Assembly: GCA_038889075.1 (NCBI GenBank)
Contig: JAWAHS010000001.1
Location: 32,001 to 96,000, forward strand
Direction of reading: 5' to 3'
Length of the DNA: 64,000 nt
From: Ignisphaera sp.
GTDB taxonomy: Archaea > Thermoproteota > Thermoprotei_A > Sulfolobales > Ignisphaeraceae
The position numbers were made by a program, and so were the translations under genes. Shown here in pieces: positions 39,438 to 51,193 of the stretch (its first letter is position 1; each line of letters opens with the position of its first letter). Below the pieces are notes generated by a model. It did not search any database. It was given only the letters and a program-made list of their open reading frames with translations, and was not told the origin of the DNA.

Positions 39438-42272
39438 TTATCTACTGACCAATCTCCCTCCACCAGTAACGTCTTCCCATGATATATTTAATGCGGTGAA
39501 GAGCTGCTCTAATGTTGAAACCATTGCCTCTAGATATTTTTGTGTATCTATCTCAGATATTTTAGCCAATTGGATAGGTTTCACACCATCTTTACTTTTC
39601 ACCTTTACAAATGTTATTACATCACCAGGTGAGATGTTCACGTTATATCTTTGTAACATCAAGGCTGCCTTAACATGTTGAGGTGTAGTTTTCTTGTATT
39701 CGGAGAGAGGTTTTGAAAGACCCATGTGAAAGGCTACTTCATCAAGTGTTAGTAATTTATACTTAAGCAAAAGATAGTATTTTTCAAGGTCATCCTTAAC
39801 ACTATTGATTATCTTAAATGCATCCTCAGGTTCTTCTATGGAGGTCATCTTCTTCAAGATTTCTACAAATAGATTCTTTATAAAGTCAGGGGTATTCCTT
39901 TTTTTACCCATCATACCCTTTATATCCACCTCATTATTTGGTGTGACACCAACGTAGTTTTTCTTTAACGCAAAGGCTACGAATTTGTATCTTTTATCCA
40001 TTTCAAGTTCGAGACCGAAGGTCTCTTCGACCCACTTTTTAAGTTCTTCCAATTTTGATTGTTCGGGATTCCATATGAATAGGGAATCGGTATCACCATA
40101 CAGAACTCTGAGGCCTAGTTCCTCAGCCTTTCTAATTGTGGATGTGATAATTCTCCTACCGAGTGCTGTAACACTTTCTGCAACAGATGGTGCATAAAGT
40201 GGGAAAGTATCTGCACCAAATACACCATAAGCAGCATTAATGAAGACTTTCATAGCCCTTTGAACGGTATCGTACCAACTTCGTAATATCTCACTAATGT
40301 TCTTATCCTTTGATTTCTTCTTGTATATTTTTACTCTAAAATCTCTAAGCATACCAACAATCTCAGCTGTGAGACCTGGTTTGTCTAAACACACTTTATG
40401 CAGTACATTATTTGCTTCATCGATAATGTCGTTTACCTTGTTGCAGAGCGTTTCATCAGGATCTATAGTTTCGTAACTCAAGTTCCATTGTTTCATTATG
40501 GATGGGTATAGCGAGGCAAAGTCTAGTACTATAACATTAAAGAATAGACCTTGTGGAGGCTCTATAACTATTGCTCCAGCGTATTTCTTACCTTTAATTA
40601 TAGCCTCCGTGACCTTTTTACCTTTTAAACTCTGGATATCCTCCTGTCGTGGTATTAAATATCCTCTACGTCTGTGTTCCCAATAGAATAGATTCTTAAT
40701 CCATACCGAGACAGTAGATCTGCATACATCTTCTAATCCGAGCTTACTTATACGCATAAGCAATAGCATTAATTTCCATACGAGTTCTTCTGAAAATGTA
40801 GTAAGCTGTAAGGTTACTTCTGCATCTCTAAAGTTATAGTGTGCAAGCATTGCTAGATCTATTTTTCCGAGTTCGTCATCTAGCTGTACCTTACCTATTC
40901 CTAAAAGGGCTTGCGCTATACTGTCTAGGTTTGCTTCCTTGTATCGTCCTTCAAAGGCATATATCTGTATAGCTTTATTGCTAAAGAATTTATAAAGGTC
41001 AACATGTAGTGCTCTAGAGAACTTGGCTTCGAATTCTATTTTACCTCCTTTCAATACCTTCTTTACTTTTATACCAATCAACTCTTTTGGTATACCTAAT
41101 TTAAACATCCTAACATATAGGTAACGAATATCAAAATTATCGCCGTTAAAGCTCACTATTATAGGATATTGCAATATAATAGAAAGAAAATCTATCATCA
41201 TACCGTATTCATTATCATATATTTCGATATCAGCATCGCACACCACGTCTTTCAATATTTTTAGATTTTCTCTAAATAAAACGAAAACCTTTTTTATATT
41301 ATCATTAGAAGCCAGAGCTATGGATATGATAGGATATTCGGCTATATCTGGGGAAGGGACTCTTCCTTCAAATGGTGTATACACCTCTATATCTACAGCG
41401 ATTCTTTTTGGTGTAAACCATTTCGATTCAAAAAGTTTTGCAAAGTGTATAGCTATATCGGAGGATTCCGGAGGGAGAGCTAGCATTTTAACTATACTCT
41501 CCCTAAGACTTTCTATATCAACATCGTATATCTCTATAATCCTATCCCCATATATGGTATATGGAAGACCGGGAATCAGCTGCCTATCATAAATGTAATT
41601 TATATGGTATCTTATGTTAGCTTCCCAAGCAATAGGCACCTTTGTTCTTAAGGTTCTAACGGCAACGGGATCTTTTGTTACAATTTTTGTAAGAAGACGC
41701 TTTGTGCTATTTAGAGGATCGAATTTTTCTACAATTTCTACAGATTCAAATGAACTATGTCTAGTAATTTCACCTATCTTATTTACCTTATCGGGGGGGA
41801 TGTCCGTTAGGAAATACGGTTTGTGTCCAGTTTTATCATACCAGTAAACTAGCTCGTGAGTATTGGAATTGTAAAATATTAGAACAGCTTTTTTAAGTTC
41901 ACCATCATATTCGATTTGCATCAAGTATGCGTTATCCACTTTATCTATAATATTAGGACTCGTGTTAAACTTGATAGTGCGTGGATTTTCTATATTGAGG
42001 TTCTCTGGAACTTCTACTCGTATTCCAGAAACCTCATAGAGTTTACCGATTTTAGAACCGGATTCTGGCGGCGTTTCAACATATTGATCAGCTATTCTAA
42101 TAGAAGGACTAGAGGACTCAGCTAAAGATTTTTTTAATGAATCTACTTTAGCAGCATCGGATGGCGTTTGAGTTTCAGAGCTAGAAATATGGGGTATGGA
42201 CACTTCTTGCTTAGAATATCCATTTTTCTTCTTACTTTTTGTGAATTCTAACAATGATTTATTCTTTGACAT
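39438..42272 (-). CDS. polB1: Family B DNA polymerase PolB1
   Basis: DIEVY, FNGDNFD, DFASLYPS, KVFINAAYG, YGDTDS; no intein. Start moved to ATG 42272. Confidence 0.96.
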   Translation of the reverse strand: MSKNKSLLEFTKSKKKNGYSKQEVSIPHISSSETQTPSDAAKVDSLKKSLAESSSPSIRIADQYVETPPESGSKIGKLYEVSGIRVEVPENLNIENPRTIKFNTSPNIIDKVDNAYLMQIEYDGELKKAVLIFYNSNTHELVYWYDKTGHKPYFLTDIPPDKVNKIGEITRHSSFESVEIVEKFDPLNSTKRLLTKIVTKDPVAVRTLRTKVPIAWEANIRYHINYIYDRQLIPGLPYTIYGDRIIEIYDVDIESLRESIVKMLALPPESSDIAIHFAKLFESKWFTPKRIAVDIEVYTPFEGRVPSPDIAEYPIISIALASNDNIKKVFVLFRENLKILKDVVCDADIEIYDNEYGMMIDFLSIILQYPIIVSFNGDNFDIRYLYVRMFKLGIPKELIGIKVKKVLKGGKIEFEAKFSRALHVDLYKFFSNKAIQIYAFEGRYKEANLDSIAQALLGIGKVQLDDELGKIDLAMLAHYNFRDAEVTLQLTTFSEELVWKLMLLLMRISKLGLEDVCRSTVSVWIKNLFYWEHRRRGYLIPRQEDIQSLKGKKVTEAIIKGKKYAGAIVIEPPQGLFFNVIVLDFASLYPSIMKQWNLSYETIDPDETLCNKVNDIIDEANNVLHKVCLDKPGLTAEIVGMLRDFRVKIYKKKSKDKNISEILRSWYDTVQRAMKVFINAAYGVFGADTFPLYAPSVAESVTALGRRIITSTIRKAEELGLRVLYGDTDSLFIWNPEQSKLEELKKWVEETFGLELEMDKRYKFVAFALKKNYVGVTPNNEVDIKGMMGKKRNTPDFIKNLFVEILKKMTSIEEPEDAFKIINSVKDDLEKYYLLLKYKLLTLDEVAFHMGLSKPLSEYKKTTPQHVKAALMLQRYNVNISPGDVITFVKVKSKDGVKPIQLAKISEIDTQKYLEAMVSTLEQLFTALNISWEDVTGGGRLVSR

Positions 42273-42396
42273 ACTTACGATGCCCTGCAATTGTTCTGCT
42301 GCAACCTTTTCACATCTACTAAAATCTATCTTTTACAGCTTTAAAAATGTAAACTATATATTCCGTAGTATTTCTACTATAATACTTGCTACTACA

Positions 42397-43131
42397 TTAT
42401 TTTAGAGGAAAGTATGCCTCAGCTTCATATATTTGTTTGCGTTTTTCATATTCATTTCTATCCATAATAGATTTTGCAGGAATGCCCGCCACTACTGTAT
42501 AGGGTTCAACACTTTTAGTAACAACTGCACCTGCTGCTACTACTGCACCTCTTCCTATCACTATTCCAGCAACAATTGTAGCATTTGCACCTATTATAAC
42601 ATCATCTTCTACCACCGTTTTTACAATTTTTCTACTTGGAGGATATCTATCATTTGTAAACACAGCCCGCGGACCTATAAAAACTCGTGCTCCTATCTCT
42701 ACCTTGGGAGGTATATATACACCTGATTGAATGATAGTACTAGATCCTATACGAACCTCACCATCAATGATAGTGCCCGTGCCTATTCTGCAGGAATCTT
42801 CCACTATAGTGTTTTCCCTAATTACTACACCATGACCTAATTCGACACTTTTACCAAGGTTAACACGTTCGTATATTATGGAGTTTCTTCTTATAATGCA
42901 TTCCTCTCCTATGGAACTTCCTTCACTTAGCTCATCTAGTAGAATATCCAAGGACTGGTTAGTACTTCTCTTGACGGCCTCTTTTAATTTACTTCTGATT
43001 GGATAGCCTACTGTGACAAAGTCATCTAAGTAGGTGTTTGACCCAATAGTACTTGGACCAAACAATCTTACATTCGAACCCATGAATAGTAAACCACATA
43101 TCCTGCACTTCTTTCCTACAAATGGAGTCAT
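42397..43131 (-). CDS. Hexapeptide-repeat (LbH) N-acetyltransferase, WbpD-like
   Basis: Left-handed beta-helix repeats, VFTNDRYP, GAVVTK, AGIPA. Start set at ATG 43131. Confidence 0.88.
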   Translation of the reverse strand: MTPFVGKKCRICGLLFMGSNVRLFGPSTIGSNTYLDDFVTVGYPIRSKLKEAVKRSTNQSLDILLDELSEGSSIGEECIIRRNSIIYERVNLGKSVELGHGVVIRENTIVEDSCRIGTGTIIDGEVRIGSSTIIQSGVYIPPKVEIGARVFIGPRAVFTNDRYPPSRKIVKTVVEDDVIIGANATIVAGIVIGRGAVVAAGAVVTKSVEPYTVVAGIPAKSIMDRNEYEKRKQIYEAEAYFPLK

Positions 43132-43445
43132 GGTTGATACCTTCAATTTCGAGATGCTAGTTGGGCTAATAATATTTTTAATTAAGATGGACATTCCATT
43201 TAGCACATTCTTCGTCGCTAGGAGTAACCAATCGACTTTAAATATATCCCACTTAAAGGCTGCGGTACAGTGCTATGTAATTGCATAATTTTGCATTGAA
43301 TGAGTTAGGTACATAGAGATCTATAAGCTTTCCATAATTCTATTACTAGATAGTTTTATATGATTAAACTTGTTAAAAAAGAAGAGTTTTTAAACGCGAA
43401 AATAGTTCCTGCAAATGTAGAATGTAGGTGAGGTGTATTACATCA

Positions 43446-46298
43446 ATGCCCAAGAAGTATGTATATCAATTTGAAGAAGCAGATGAGCATAACAAGAAGC
43501 TCTTTGGAGGTAAGGGTGTAAGTCTAATACAAATGTCTAAGTTAGGACTACCAGTGCCACCTGGATTCATAATAACCACAGAGACGTGTGTAGACTTCTA
43601 CTCGAGTAGAAAGGGGGAGATAGATGCTCTGGAGGCGGAACTGAACAAGAATCCACCACCAGAGGTTAGGGACAAAATTATTGAAAGGATATGGAGTATA
43701 ATAGATTCATTACAGTTTCCAGCTGGATTATGGGATGAAGTAGTTACCAATGTAAGAATACTTGAACAGAAAACGGGGAAAAAGTTTGGTGATCCTAACA
43801 ATCCATTACTGGTTTCAGTAAGAAGTGGTGCACCTATTTCAATGCCAGGAATGATGGATACTGTTCTTAATCTAGGGTTGAACGATAAAGTTGTTACAGG
43901 TTTAGCTAAATTAGCAGACAACGAATGGTTTGCATATGACGCTTATAGAAGATTTATAAATATGTTCGGTAAGATAGTTCTTGGAATAGAGGATAAATAC
44001 TTCAATGTAGTATTTGAAGAGCTTAATGAAAAATATAAGAAGGAAGCTGAAGAGAGGTTTTCTGATGAAATTAGGAAAATAAGGGAGAAGATACCTATAT
44101 ATGTGCCGAGATTAGATGCCCAACCACCAAAGGAGTTAGCACCGAGACTATGGCAGAGATCTGTAGAGTACCTTAAGGAATTGGTGAATATGTATAAAGA
44201 GGTTATTAGGAGGCACTGGGGAGAATTTCCACAAGATCCATGGAAGCAACTCGAATTAGCAATAAAAGCTGTCTTTAGATCCTGGATGAATCCTAGGGCA
44301 ATATACTATAGAATAATGAATAAGGTGACGCCGGAGGTAGCGCACTGTACGGCGGTAAATGTTGTTACTATGGTATTTGGAAATATGGGATGGGATAGCG
44401 GTACGGGGGTTGTATTTAGCCGTGATGTTGCTACAGGGGAAAATGTGCTCTATGGAGAGTACCTCCCTAATGCACAAGGGGAAGATGTTGTAGCTGGTAT
44501 AAGAACACCATTGCCGGTGGCGTCGTTAAAGGATGTATCTCAAAAACTCTATGAAGAGATAGAAAGGGCATCCAAATTACTTGAAAAAGTCAATAAGGAT
44601 GTACAGGATATAGAATTCACAGTAGAGAAGGGTAAGCTCTATTTCTTACAGTGTAGAGATGCTAAGATGACACCGTTAGCTAGAATTAAGACTGTTGTAG
44701 ACATGGCTAAGGAAGGTATACTGACTAAAGAAGAGGCCGTCCTTAAGGTTAGTCCAGAGCACGTTATTCAACTTTTATATCCAAGGATAGATCCAAAGGC
44801 TAAAGTTACACCATTAGCAAAAGGATTACCAGCATCACCTGGTGCAGTAAGTGGGCAGGTGGTATTCCACCCAGATGATGCTGTTAGGTGGGCTAAGGAT
44901 GGTAAGAAGGTAATATTAGTAAGGATAGAAACAAAGCCGGATGATGTTCACGGATTCTATGCAGCCATAGGAATTCTAACTAGTAGAGGGGGGATGACAA
45001 GCCATGCGGCTGTGGTTGCTAGGGCCATAGGTAAGACTGCTGTAGTCGGTGCAGAGGCTATAGAAGTACATGAGGAGGAGAAATACTTTAAGGTGGGCAA
45101 TGTTATTGTAAAGGAGGGTGATTGGATAACAATAGATGGAAATACGGGTAACGTGTATACCGGAGTAGTTCCAACAATTGAGGCTGGATTAATCCCAGAG
45201 CTAGAGGAGCTATTAAGTTGGGCCGATTCAATTAGAAAATTGGGAGTAAGAGCAAATGCCGACGTACCTACAGATGCTGAAATAGCTTTGAAATTTGGTG
45301 CCGAGGGTATAGGTCTACTGCGTATTGAGAGAATGTTTAGAAAGCCAGAAAGGCTTGAGCTTTTACGTAAGGTTATATTAGCCGAAACTGCTGAAGAGAG
45401 AAGTAAGCACCTAAAACCCTTATCTGAAATGATAAAGCAGGACTTCAAGGAAATCTTTAGAATAATGGATGGAAAACCAGTTATAGTTAGACTCATTGAT
45501 CCACCGCTCCATGAATTTTTACCGAAGCCTGAGGAAATACTGAGAGAGATATATGAGCTTAGGATAAAGGGAGCTTCGGAGGACCTTATTAAGGAGAAGG
45601 AATGGCTTTATAAGAGGGTATCAATACTACAAGAGGCCAATCCAATGTTGGGTCACAGAGGTGTTAGAGTAGGTGTTACATATCCAGAATTCTACTACTA
45701 CTTAACATTGGCAATATTAGAAGCTACAGCAGAACTAAAGAAGGAAGGCTATAATCCGGTTGTAGAAATAATGATTCCACAAGTATCAGATGTAAATGAA
45801 ATTAGGTATGTTAAACAGAAGGCTATACTACCAGTACTAGAGGATGTAGAGAAGAAATTTGGTATGAAGTTAGATATAAAGATAGGCACCATGGTAGAGA
45901 CTGTAAGGGCGTGTCTAACAATGAATGAAATAGCGAAAGAGGTTGACTTCATAAGCTTTGGAACAAATGATCTAACCCAGGCGGCGTTTAGCTTCAGTAG
46001 AGATGATGCAGAGAATAAGTTCCTACCATTCTATCTACAGGAGAAGGTGCTACCAGCCAATCCGTTTGAAACCATAGATGTAAAAGGTGTTGGAAAATTA
46101 ATTGAGATTGCAGTCAATATGGCAAGGGAAAACAATCCAAAGATAGAAATCGGTATCTGTGGAGAGCATGGAGGTGATCCAACATCCATACTGTTCTTAC
46201 ATAGAGTAGGTTTAGACTATGTAAGTGCATCACCATTTAGAGTACCTGTTGCAAGATTAGCTGCAGCACAAGCGACCCTCAAAAACAAATTTAAGTAA
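43446..46298 (+). CDS. ppdK: Pyruvate, phosphate dikinase
   Basis: GGKG, PVPPGF, SVRSGA..SMPGMMDT, AQGEDVVAG, GGMTSHAAVVAR, SFGTNDL, GICGEHGG. Confidence 0.96.
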   Translation: MPKKYVYQFEEADEHNKKLFGGKGVSLIQMSKLGLPVPPGFIITTETCVDFYSSRKGEIDALEAELNKNPPPEVRDKIIERIWSIIDSLQFPAGLWDEVVTNVRILEQKTGKKFGDPNNPLLVSVRSGAPISMPGMMDTVLNLGLNDKVVTGLAKLADNEWFAYDAYRRFINMFGKIVLGIEDKYFNVVFEELNEKYKKEAEERFSDEIRKIREKIPIYVPRLDAQPPKELAPRLWQRSVEYLKELVNMYKEVIRRHWGEFPQDPWKQLELAIKAVFRSWMNPRAIYYRIMNKVTPEVAHCTAVNVVTMVFGNMGWDSGTGVVFSRDVATGENVLYGEYLPNAQGEDVVAGIRTPLPVASLKDVSQKLYEEIERASKLLEKVNKDVQDIEFTVEKGKLYFLQCRDAKMTPLARIKTVVDMAKEGILTKEEAVLKVSPEHVIQLLYPRIDPKAKVTPLAKGLPASPGAVSGQVVFHPDDAVRWAKDGKKVILVRIETKPDDVHGFYAAIGILTSRGGMTSHAAVVARAIGKTAVVGAEAIEVHEEEKYFKVGNVIVKEGDWITIDGNTGNVYTGVVPTIEAGLIPELEELLSWADSIRKLGVRANADVPTDAEIALKFGAEGIGLLRIERMFRKPERLELLRKVILAETAEERSKHLKPLSEMIKQDFKEIFRIMDGKPVIVRLIDPPLHEFLPKPEEILREIYELRIKGASEDLIKEKEWLYKRVSILQEANPMLGHRGVRVGVTYPEFYYYLTLAILEATAELKKEGYNPVVEIMIPQVSDVNEIRYVKQKAILPVLEDVEKKFGMKLDIKIGTMVETVRACLTMNEIAKEVDFISFGTNDLTQAAFSFSRDDAENKFLPFYLQEKVLPANPFETIDVKGVGKLIEIAVNMARENNPKIEIGICGEHGGDPTSILFLHRVGLDYVSASPFRVPVARLAAAQATLKNKFK

Positions 46299-46406
46299 AT
46301 CGAAGAATGCTATTTTTTAATCAGTTTAAACCATTTTTACTTAGCAAAGACTTATATTCTGTCAGACAAGAGTAGTATAAAGCATATTGGTTGTAAGTGA
46401 CCATTT

Positions 46407-48620
46407 ATGCCAGATAATAAGGAGATGACTCTCAGAGTCGAATCTGCAAGACAAAGGGATGTTGGTAAAAAGATTGCAAGAGTTCCTAGGAAGGTATTCA
46501 AAGGACTTGAGATAGAGGTGGGAGATTATATTGAAATTAAAAGTGCTAGGGGTGTTACTGTGGCACAGGCTTGGCCTGCCTATCCAGAGGATGAAGGGTA
46601 TGAAATTATAAGAATTGACGGTTTTATGAGAGAGGTCTTAAGCGTAGGTGTCGGAGACGTCGTATATGTTAGGAAAGCTAATGCAGTTCCAGCACAGAGG
46701 GTTATTCTCGCCTTTACCGAGGGAGATTTCTTCGGTGCTGATTATGATCCCAGATACAAGGAATATTATGCAAAGAACCTCGCTCAGTACATTAAGCGGG
46801 AACTCATTCAAAAACCTTTGATAAGGGGAGATATAGTTGTTGTATCTTATTTTGGCTACTTCGGCAATCCAATAAGATTAAGGGTCATATCTACAACACC
46901 ATCACAAATAGTATATGTTACAGAGGCTACAGACATTATTATAAGGACTGAACTGGTTAGAGGAGCACCTACAGGAGTCCCAAGAGTGACATGGGAGGAT
47001 ATAGGCGATCTTGAGGAGGTTAAAGAAAAGATTAGAGAGATTGTTGAGTTACCCCTCAAACATCCTGAGCTATTTGATAGGCTTGGTATAGAGCCTCCTA
47101 AAGGCATACTGCTATACGGTCCACCAGGGGTTGGTAAGACCCTTCTGGCAAAGGCTCTAGCCAATGAGACCGGAGCGTATTTCATAGCCATAAATGGACC
47201 TGAGATAATGTCGAAATATTATGGTGAATCGGAACAGAGGTTGCGACAAATATTTGATGAAGCTAGAAAGAATGCTCCAGCTATAATATTTATAGATGAG
47301 ATTGATGCCATTGCACCTAAGAGAGAGGAGGTCGTGGGGGAGGTAGAAAAACGAGTTGTTGCTCAGCTTTTGTCTCTAATGGATGGTCTTGAGGAAAGAG
47401 GAAGGGTTGTTGTTATTGGGGCTACGAATAGGCCTGATGCTCTGGATCCCGCTTTGAGAAGACCTGGTAGATTTGATAGAGAGATAGAGGTTCCACCACC
47501 TGATAAGAGGGCTAGAAGGGAAATACTATCTGTACACACAAGAAATGTACCCTTGGCAGAGGATATAGATCTAGATAAGCTAGCCGAAATGACGTATGGA
47601 TACACAGGTGCAGATCTAGCAGCACTAGTAAAAGAAGCTGCCATGAACGCTCTCAGAAGATTTCTGAAAGAACATGCGATAGATCTAGATAAACCCATAC
47701 CATCTGAGTTATTACAGAAATTGAAAGTGACAATGGGCGACTTCTTAAATGCTATGCGCAATGTTGCACCCTCTCTAATGAGGGAGGTATTAATTGAGGT
47801 TCCAGAAGTTCATTGGGATGATATAGGCGGTCTCGAGAATGTCAAACAGCAGCTTAGAGAAGCAGTTGAATGGCCACTCAAATATCCTGGTATGTTTGAA
47901 CAGATGGGGATAAGAGCGCCAAAGGGAGTCCTCCTATACGGTCCCCCGGGTTGCGGTAAAACATTGTTAGCAAAGGCAGCAGCAACAGAAAGTGGAGCCA
48001 ATTTCATAGCTGTTAAAGGACCTGAGATACTTAGTAAATGGGTCGGCGAATCAGAGAAGGCAGTTCGTGAAATATTTAGACGAGCTAGGAGGGCAGCTCC
48101 AGCCATAGTATTCTTTGATGAGATTGATGCTATCGCTCCAGTGAGAGGACACGATGTTTCTGGAGTAACCGATAGAATTGTAAATCAACTTCTAACAGAG
48201 ATGGATGGTATAGAACCTCTACGGGGGGTTGTTGTTATTGGGGCTACGAATAGGCCTGATTTACTCGATTCTGCTCTTCTTAGACCTGGTAGATTTGATA
48301 GAATTATATTTGTTCCACCACCTGATTTAAAAGCACGCTATGAGATTCTGAAGATACATACTAGAAAAATACCACTCTCTGACGATGTTGATTTGATTCA
48401 ACTAGCTAAAACTACAGAGGGATATAGTGGGGCCGATTTAGAGGCACTAGTTAGAGAGGCAGTGATGCTTGCATTAAGAGAGGATATGTCACCCCGTCCC
48501 ATACCATACAAATACTTCCAGAAGGCCATGGAGTATGTAAAACCAAGTCTTACTAGGGAGAGATTAGAAGCTTATGAAAGAGTCCACGAGGAGCTAACGA
48601 GAAGAATGCTATACATGTAG
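46407..48620 (+). CDS. cdc48: Cdc48/VAT AAA+ ATPase
   Basis: N domain plus two AAA modules (GPPGVGKT and [20 protein letters not shown]). Confidence 0.97.
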   Translation: MPDNKEMTLRVESARQRDVGKKIARVPRKVFKGLEIEVGDYIEIKSARGVTVAQAWPAYPEDEGYEIIRIDGFMREVLSVGVGDVVYVRKANAVPAQRVILAFTEGDFFGADYDPRYKEYYAKNLAQYIKRELIQKPLIRGDIVVVSYFGYFGNPIRLRVISTTPSQIVYVTEATDIIIRTELVRGAPTGVPRVTWEDIGDLEEVKEKIREIVELPLKHPELFDRLGIEPPKGILLYGPPGVGKTLLAKALANETGAYFIAINGPEIMSKYYGESEQRLRQIFDEARKNAPAIIFIDEIDAIAPKREEVVGEVEKRVVAQLLSLMDGLEERGRVVVIGATNRPDALDPALRRPGRFDREIEVPPPDKRARREILSVHTRNVPLAEDIDLDKLAEMTYGYTGADLAALVKEAAMNALRRFLKEHAIDLDKPIPSELLQKLKVTMGDFLNAMRNVAPSLMREVLIEVPEVHWDDIGGLENVKQQLREAVEWPLKYPGMFEQMGIRAPKGVLLYGPPGCGKTLLAKAAATESGANFIAVKGPEILSKWVGESEKAVREIFRRARRAAPAIVFFDEIDAIAPVRGHDVSGVTDRIVNQLLTEMDGIEPLRGVVVIGATNRPDLLDSALLRPGRFDRIIFVPPPDLKARYEILKIHTRKIPLSDDVDLIQLAKTTEGYSGADLEALVREAVMLALREDMSPRPIPYKYFQKAMEYVKPSLTRERLEAYERVHEELTRRMLYM
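47404..48326. repeat. Nucleotide-identical tracts between Cdc48 D1 and D2 (constant offset 822 nt)
   Basis: 35 bp 47404-38 = 48226-60; 21 bp 47460-80 = 48282-302; 15 bp 47490-504 = 48312-26. Confidence 0.85.
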
Positions 48621-48658
48621 ACATAATTCAACGCATAGTATTTAATAGTGGTAAATGG

Positions 48659-51160
48659 ATGAAGAAAAATACAATAAAAATAACAAAAGACGATATCATC
48701 CACTATGTAAAAATAGATACGTATGTAAAATTTAAAAGCAAAGTAGTACAAGAATTGAGAAATGCTTTGAATAATAATCACAGACTTCTCATAATATTAT
48801 CAGGTGATGATCACAAGAAAATCTCCTTACAAGTTGCGGATCTAATCATATCGTTTATACATAGAATTACTAAATACAAAGATATAGTTAGAATTTTATA
48901 TGTACACCACGATGAGTTCTCAGATGCTGTATTAAGAAGGAAAATAATCAATCGAATTGTTAATAGATATCTAAAAAATAAGAAAATTAATGCTAAGCTA
49001 GATATATCAGTATACGAGAATTCAGAAAAATTTCTGGGGACTACATATCAAGCTCTCATACTAGATCTAGTGAATAGTTTACGACCTATTGATATAGGAA
49101 GACTTGTTGGCATTGTTGAAGGTGGCGGTATAGTAATCTTCATTACGCCTAGGTGGAGTGAATGGCCAGATAGAAAGAACCTCTTCCAGATATCCCTAAC
49201 TACACCACAGTATCCAGAGCCTAGGAAAGTATTTATTAGATGGTTTCAATCTGTAACTCTAAATAGTGATGGAGTGTTTATATATGATGTAGATAATGAG
49301 GCAATCATTAAAACAGGTAACATCGTATCTAGACAAGTACGTCAGAGGAATATTGAAATTCCAGAAAAAACACAATTTCCTACAAAGTTATACGAACTTG
49401 CATTAACACAGGATCAAGTTAGAGCTATAAAACTCTTAGAGAACCTGATCACACTACCTAAAAAACCCGCAATTAGAACCTCCATAATATTAATAGCTGA
49501 TAGAGGGAGAGGAAAATCATGTGCTATTGGCATAGGGTTGGTAGGGCTAATTCACAGCCTCATGAATATTAAAAATAAGGTTAGAATAGGTGTTACAGCA
49601 CCAACACTTAACAGTGTCCAGTCGCTTATGACATTGGCTATAAAAGCTCTTGAGACCCTTAATATGAGTTATAATGTTATTAGAAAGGATGGACTAATTC
49701 TGGAAATTAGAGGTGATAAGTTTAGCATAGAATATTGGGAACCAGCAGTACTAAACAAGGTAAATGTTGATATTGCTGTAGTAGATGAAGCCGCTGGTAT
49801 CCCAGTACCGCTACTTCATAGTATTTGGCTAAACTTTAGAAGGACAATATTTGCAACTACTATACATGGTTATGAAGGTGCCGGAAGAGGCTTTTCAATA
49901 AGATTTATGAAAAGGATTAAGGAGGATAGAGAAACAGATCTATATGTATATGAAATGGAGGAACCAATTAGATATGGTAGAGAGGATCCTGTTGAGAAGT
50001 GGCAATTCAGAGTACTACTACTTGATGCTGAACCAGATGATATAATTGAAGATGATTTAAGATACATAGAGAAGCAGGAATTCAATTATATCGTATTTGA
50101 TCCCTATACCCTCTTTACCATAGAAAATGAAAGGCTTCTACGATCATTATTCGGTATTTATGTTTTAGCACACTATAGAAATGAACCTGACGATCTTGCA
50201 ATGATGGCTGATGCACCACACCATAGTATAAGGGCATTAGCAATACCAAATGGCAAAATAATTGCAGCTGCTCAATTAGCTGAGGAAGGACCAATACCCA
50301 ATGATTATATAGATTCATTAATAAGAGGGGGCAAGATACCAGGTAATATCATACCCGATAGATTATTAAAACATGGAAGAATCGTGGAGGTTGGCTATGG
50401 AAAAGGATGGCGAATTGTAAGAATAGCGGTGCATCCTGATATTCAAGGTAGAGGAATAGGTACATATCTTTTAGAAAAACTTGTTGCTGAGGCTAAGAAT
50501 AGAGGCTATGACTGGATAGGAAGCGGATTTGGCGTTACGGAAAAGTTACTGAATTTTTGGATAAAAAATGGTTTTATACCGTTGCATATCTCACCAGATA
50601 GAAATCCCGTTAGTGCAGAGTACACAGTCTTAGTAATTAAACCATTGAGTGATATGTGGAAAGACATAGTCGAAATTCTCAATAAAGAATTTAGGATTAA
50701 GATAATTGAAAGCGCTCATGATACGTATAGAGATTTGGAAGCTGAGGTGGCACGAATGCTTTTAAATTCATATGAAGAACAAAATAGAGTAGATAGATGT
50801 ACTGCCCCTAATTTAACTCCAATACAGCTAGAAAGAATAGCAAGTTATGTTGAGGGTTATATGACATACGAGTCGTGTAGCGATGTTATTGCAATATTAA
50901 TTAAACACTACTGGAAGAATATAGAGGGCTGTAGAGCTTTAGATACTAATGAAGAGATCATTACCATACTCAAAACGCTTCAGGGTCATTCATGGGATAC
51001 CGTAGCCCGTATCCTTGGAGTTAAAAAGCAGAAGTTGTTAGATGATATGAAAAAAACGATATCAAAGCTACTAAATAGATATTTTTCAATATCAGAAGAG
51101 AATATAGATAAAATGTTAGGGAAAACTTCAATAAGATTATATGTGGAAAAGATTTTATAG
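48659..51160 (+). CDS. tmcA: RNA cytidine acetyltransferase TmcA/Nat10
   Basis: VEGGG, ADRGRGKS, DEAA, TTIHGYEGAGRGF, EPIRY, AHYRNEPDDL, GNAT motif RIVRIAVHP..GRGIG. Confidence 0.95.
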   Translation: MKKNTIKITKDDIIHYVKIDTYVKFKSKVVQELRNALNNNHRLLIILSGDDHKKISLQVADLIISFIHRITKYKDIVRILYVHHDEFSDAVLRRKIINRIVNRYLKNKKINAKLDISVYENSEKFLGTTYQALILDLVNSLRPIDIGRLVGIVEGGGIVIFITPRWSEWPDRKNLFQISLTTPQYPEPRKVFIRWFQSVTLNSDGVFIYDVDNEAIIKTGNIVSRQVRQRNIEIPEKTQFPTKLYELALTQDQVRAIKLLENLITLPKKPAIRTSIILIADRGRGKSCAIGIGLVGLIHSLMNIKNKVRIGVTAPTLNSVQSLMTLAIKALETLNMSYNVIRKDGLILEIRGDKFSIEYWEPAVLNKVNVDIAVVDEAAGIPVPLLHSIWLNFRRTIFATTIHGYEGAGRGFSIRFMKRIKEDRETDLYVYEMEEPIRYGREDPVEKWQFRVLLLDAEPDDIIEDDLRYIEKQEFNYIVFDPYTLFTIENERLLRSLFGIYVLAHYRNEPDDLAMMADAPHHSIRALAIPNGKIIAAAQLAEEGPIPNDYIDSLIRGGKIPGNIIPDRLLKHGRIVEVGYGKGWRIVRIAVHPDIQGRGIGTYLLEKLVAEAKNRGYDWIGSGFGVTEKLLNFWIKNGFIPLHISPDRNPVSAEYTVLVIKPLSDMWKDIVEILNKEFRIKIIESAHDTYRDLEAEVARMLLNSYEEQNRVDRCTAPNLTPIQLERIASYVEGYMTYESCSDVIAILIKHYWKNIEGCRALDTNEEIITILKTLQGHSWDTVARILGVKKQKLLDDMKKTISKLLNRYFSISEENIDKMLGKTSIRLYVEKIL

Positions 51161-51193
51161 GGGTAAAATATAAAACATATTGGGCTACATGTA

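Noticed and set aside
25037-42272. Possible inteins in nrdJ, topA or polB1
   Set aside because: Lengths are normal, with no intein splice-junction or LAGLIDADG motifs.
43598-48106. Numerous minus-strand ORFs inside ppdK and cdc48, and similar ones inside other large genes
   Set aside because: Ser/Ile/Phe-rich antisense shadows of well-supported genes.
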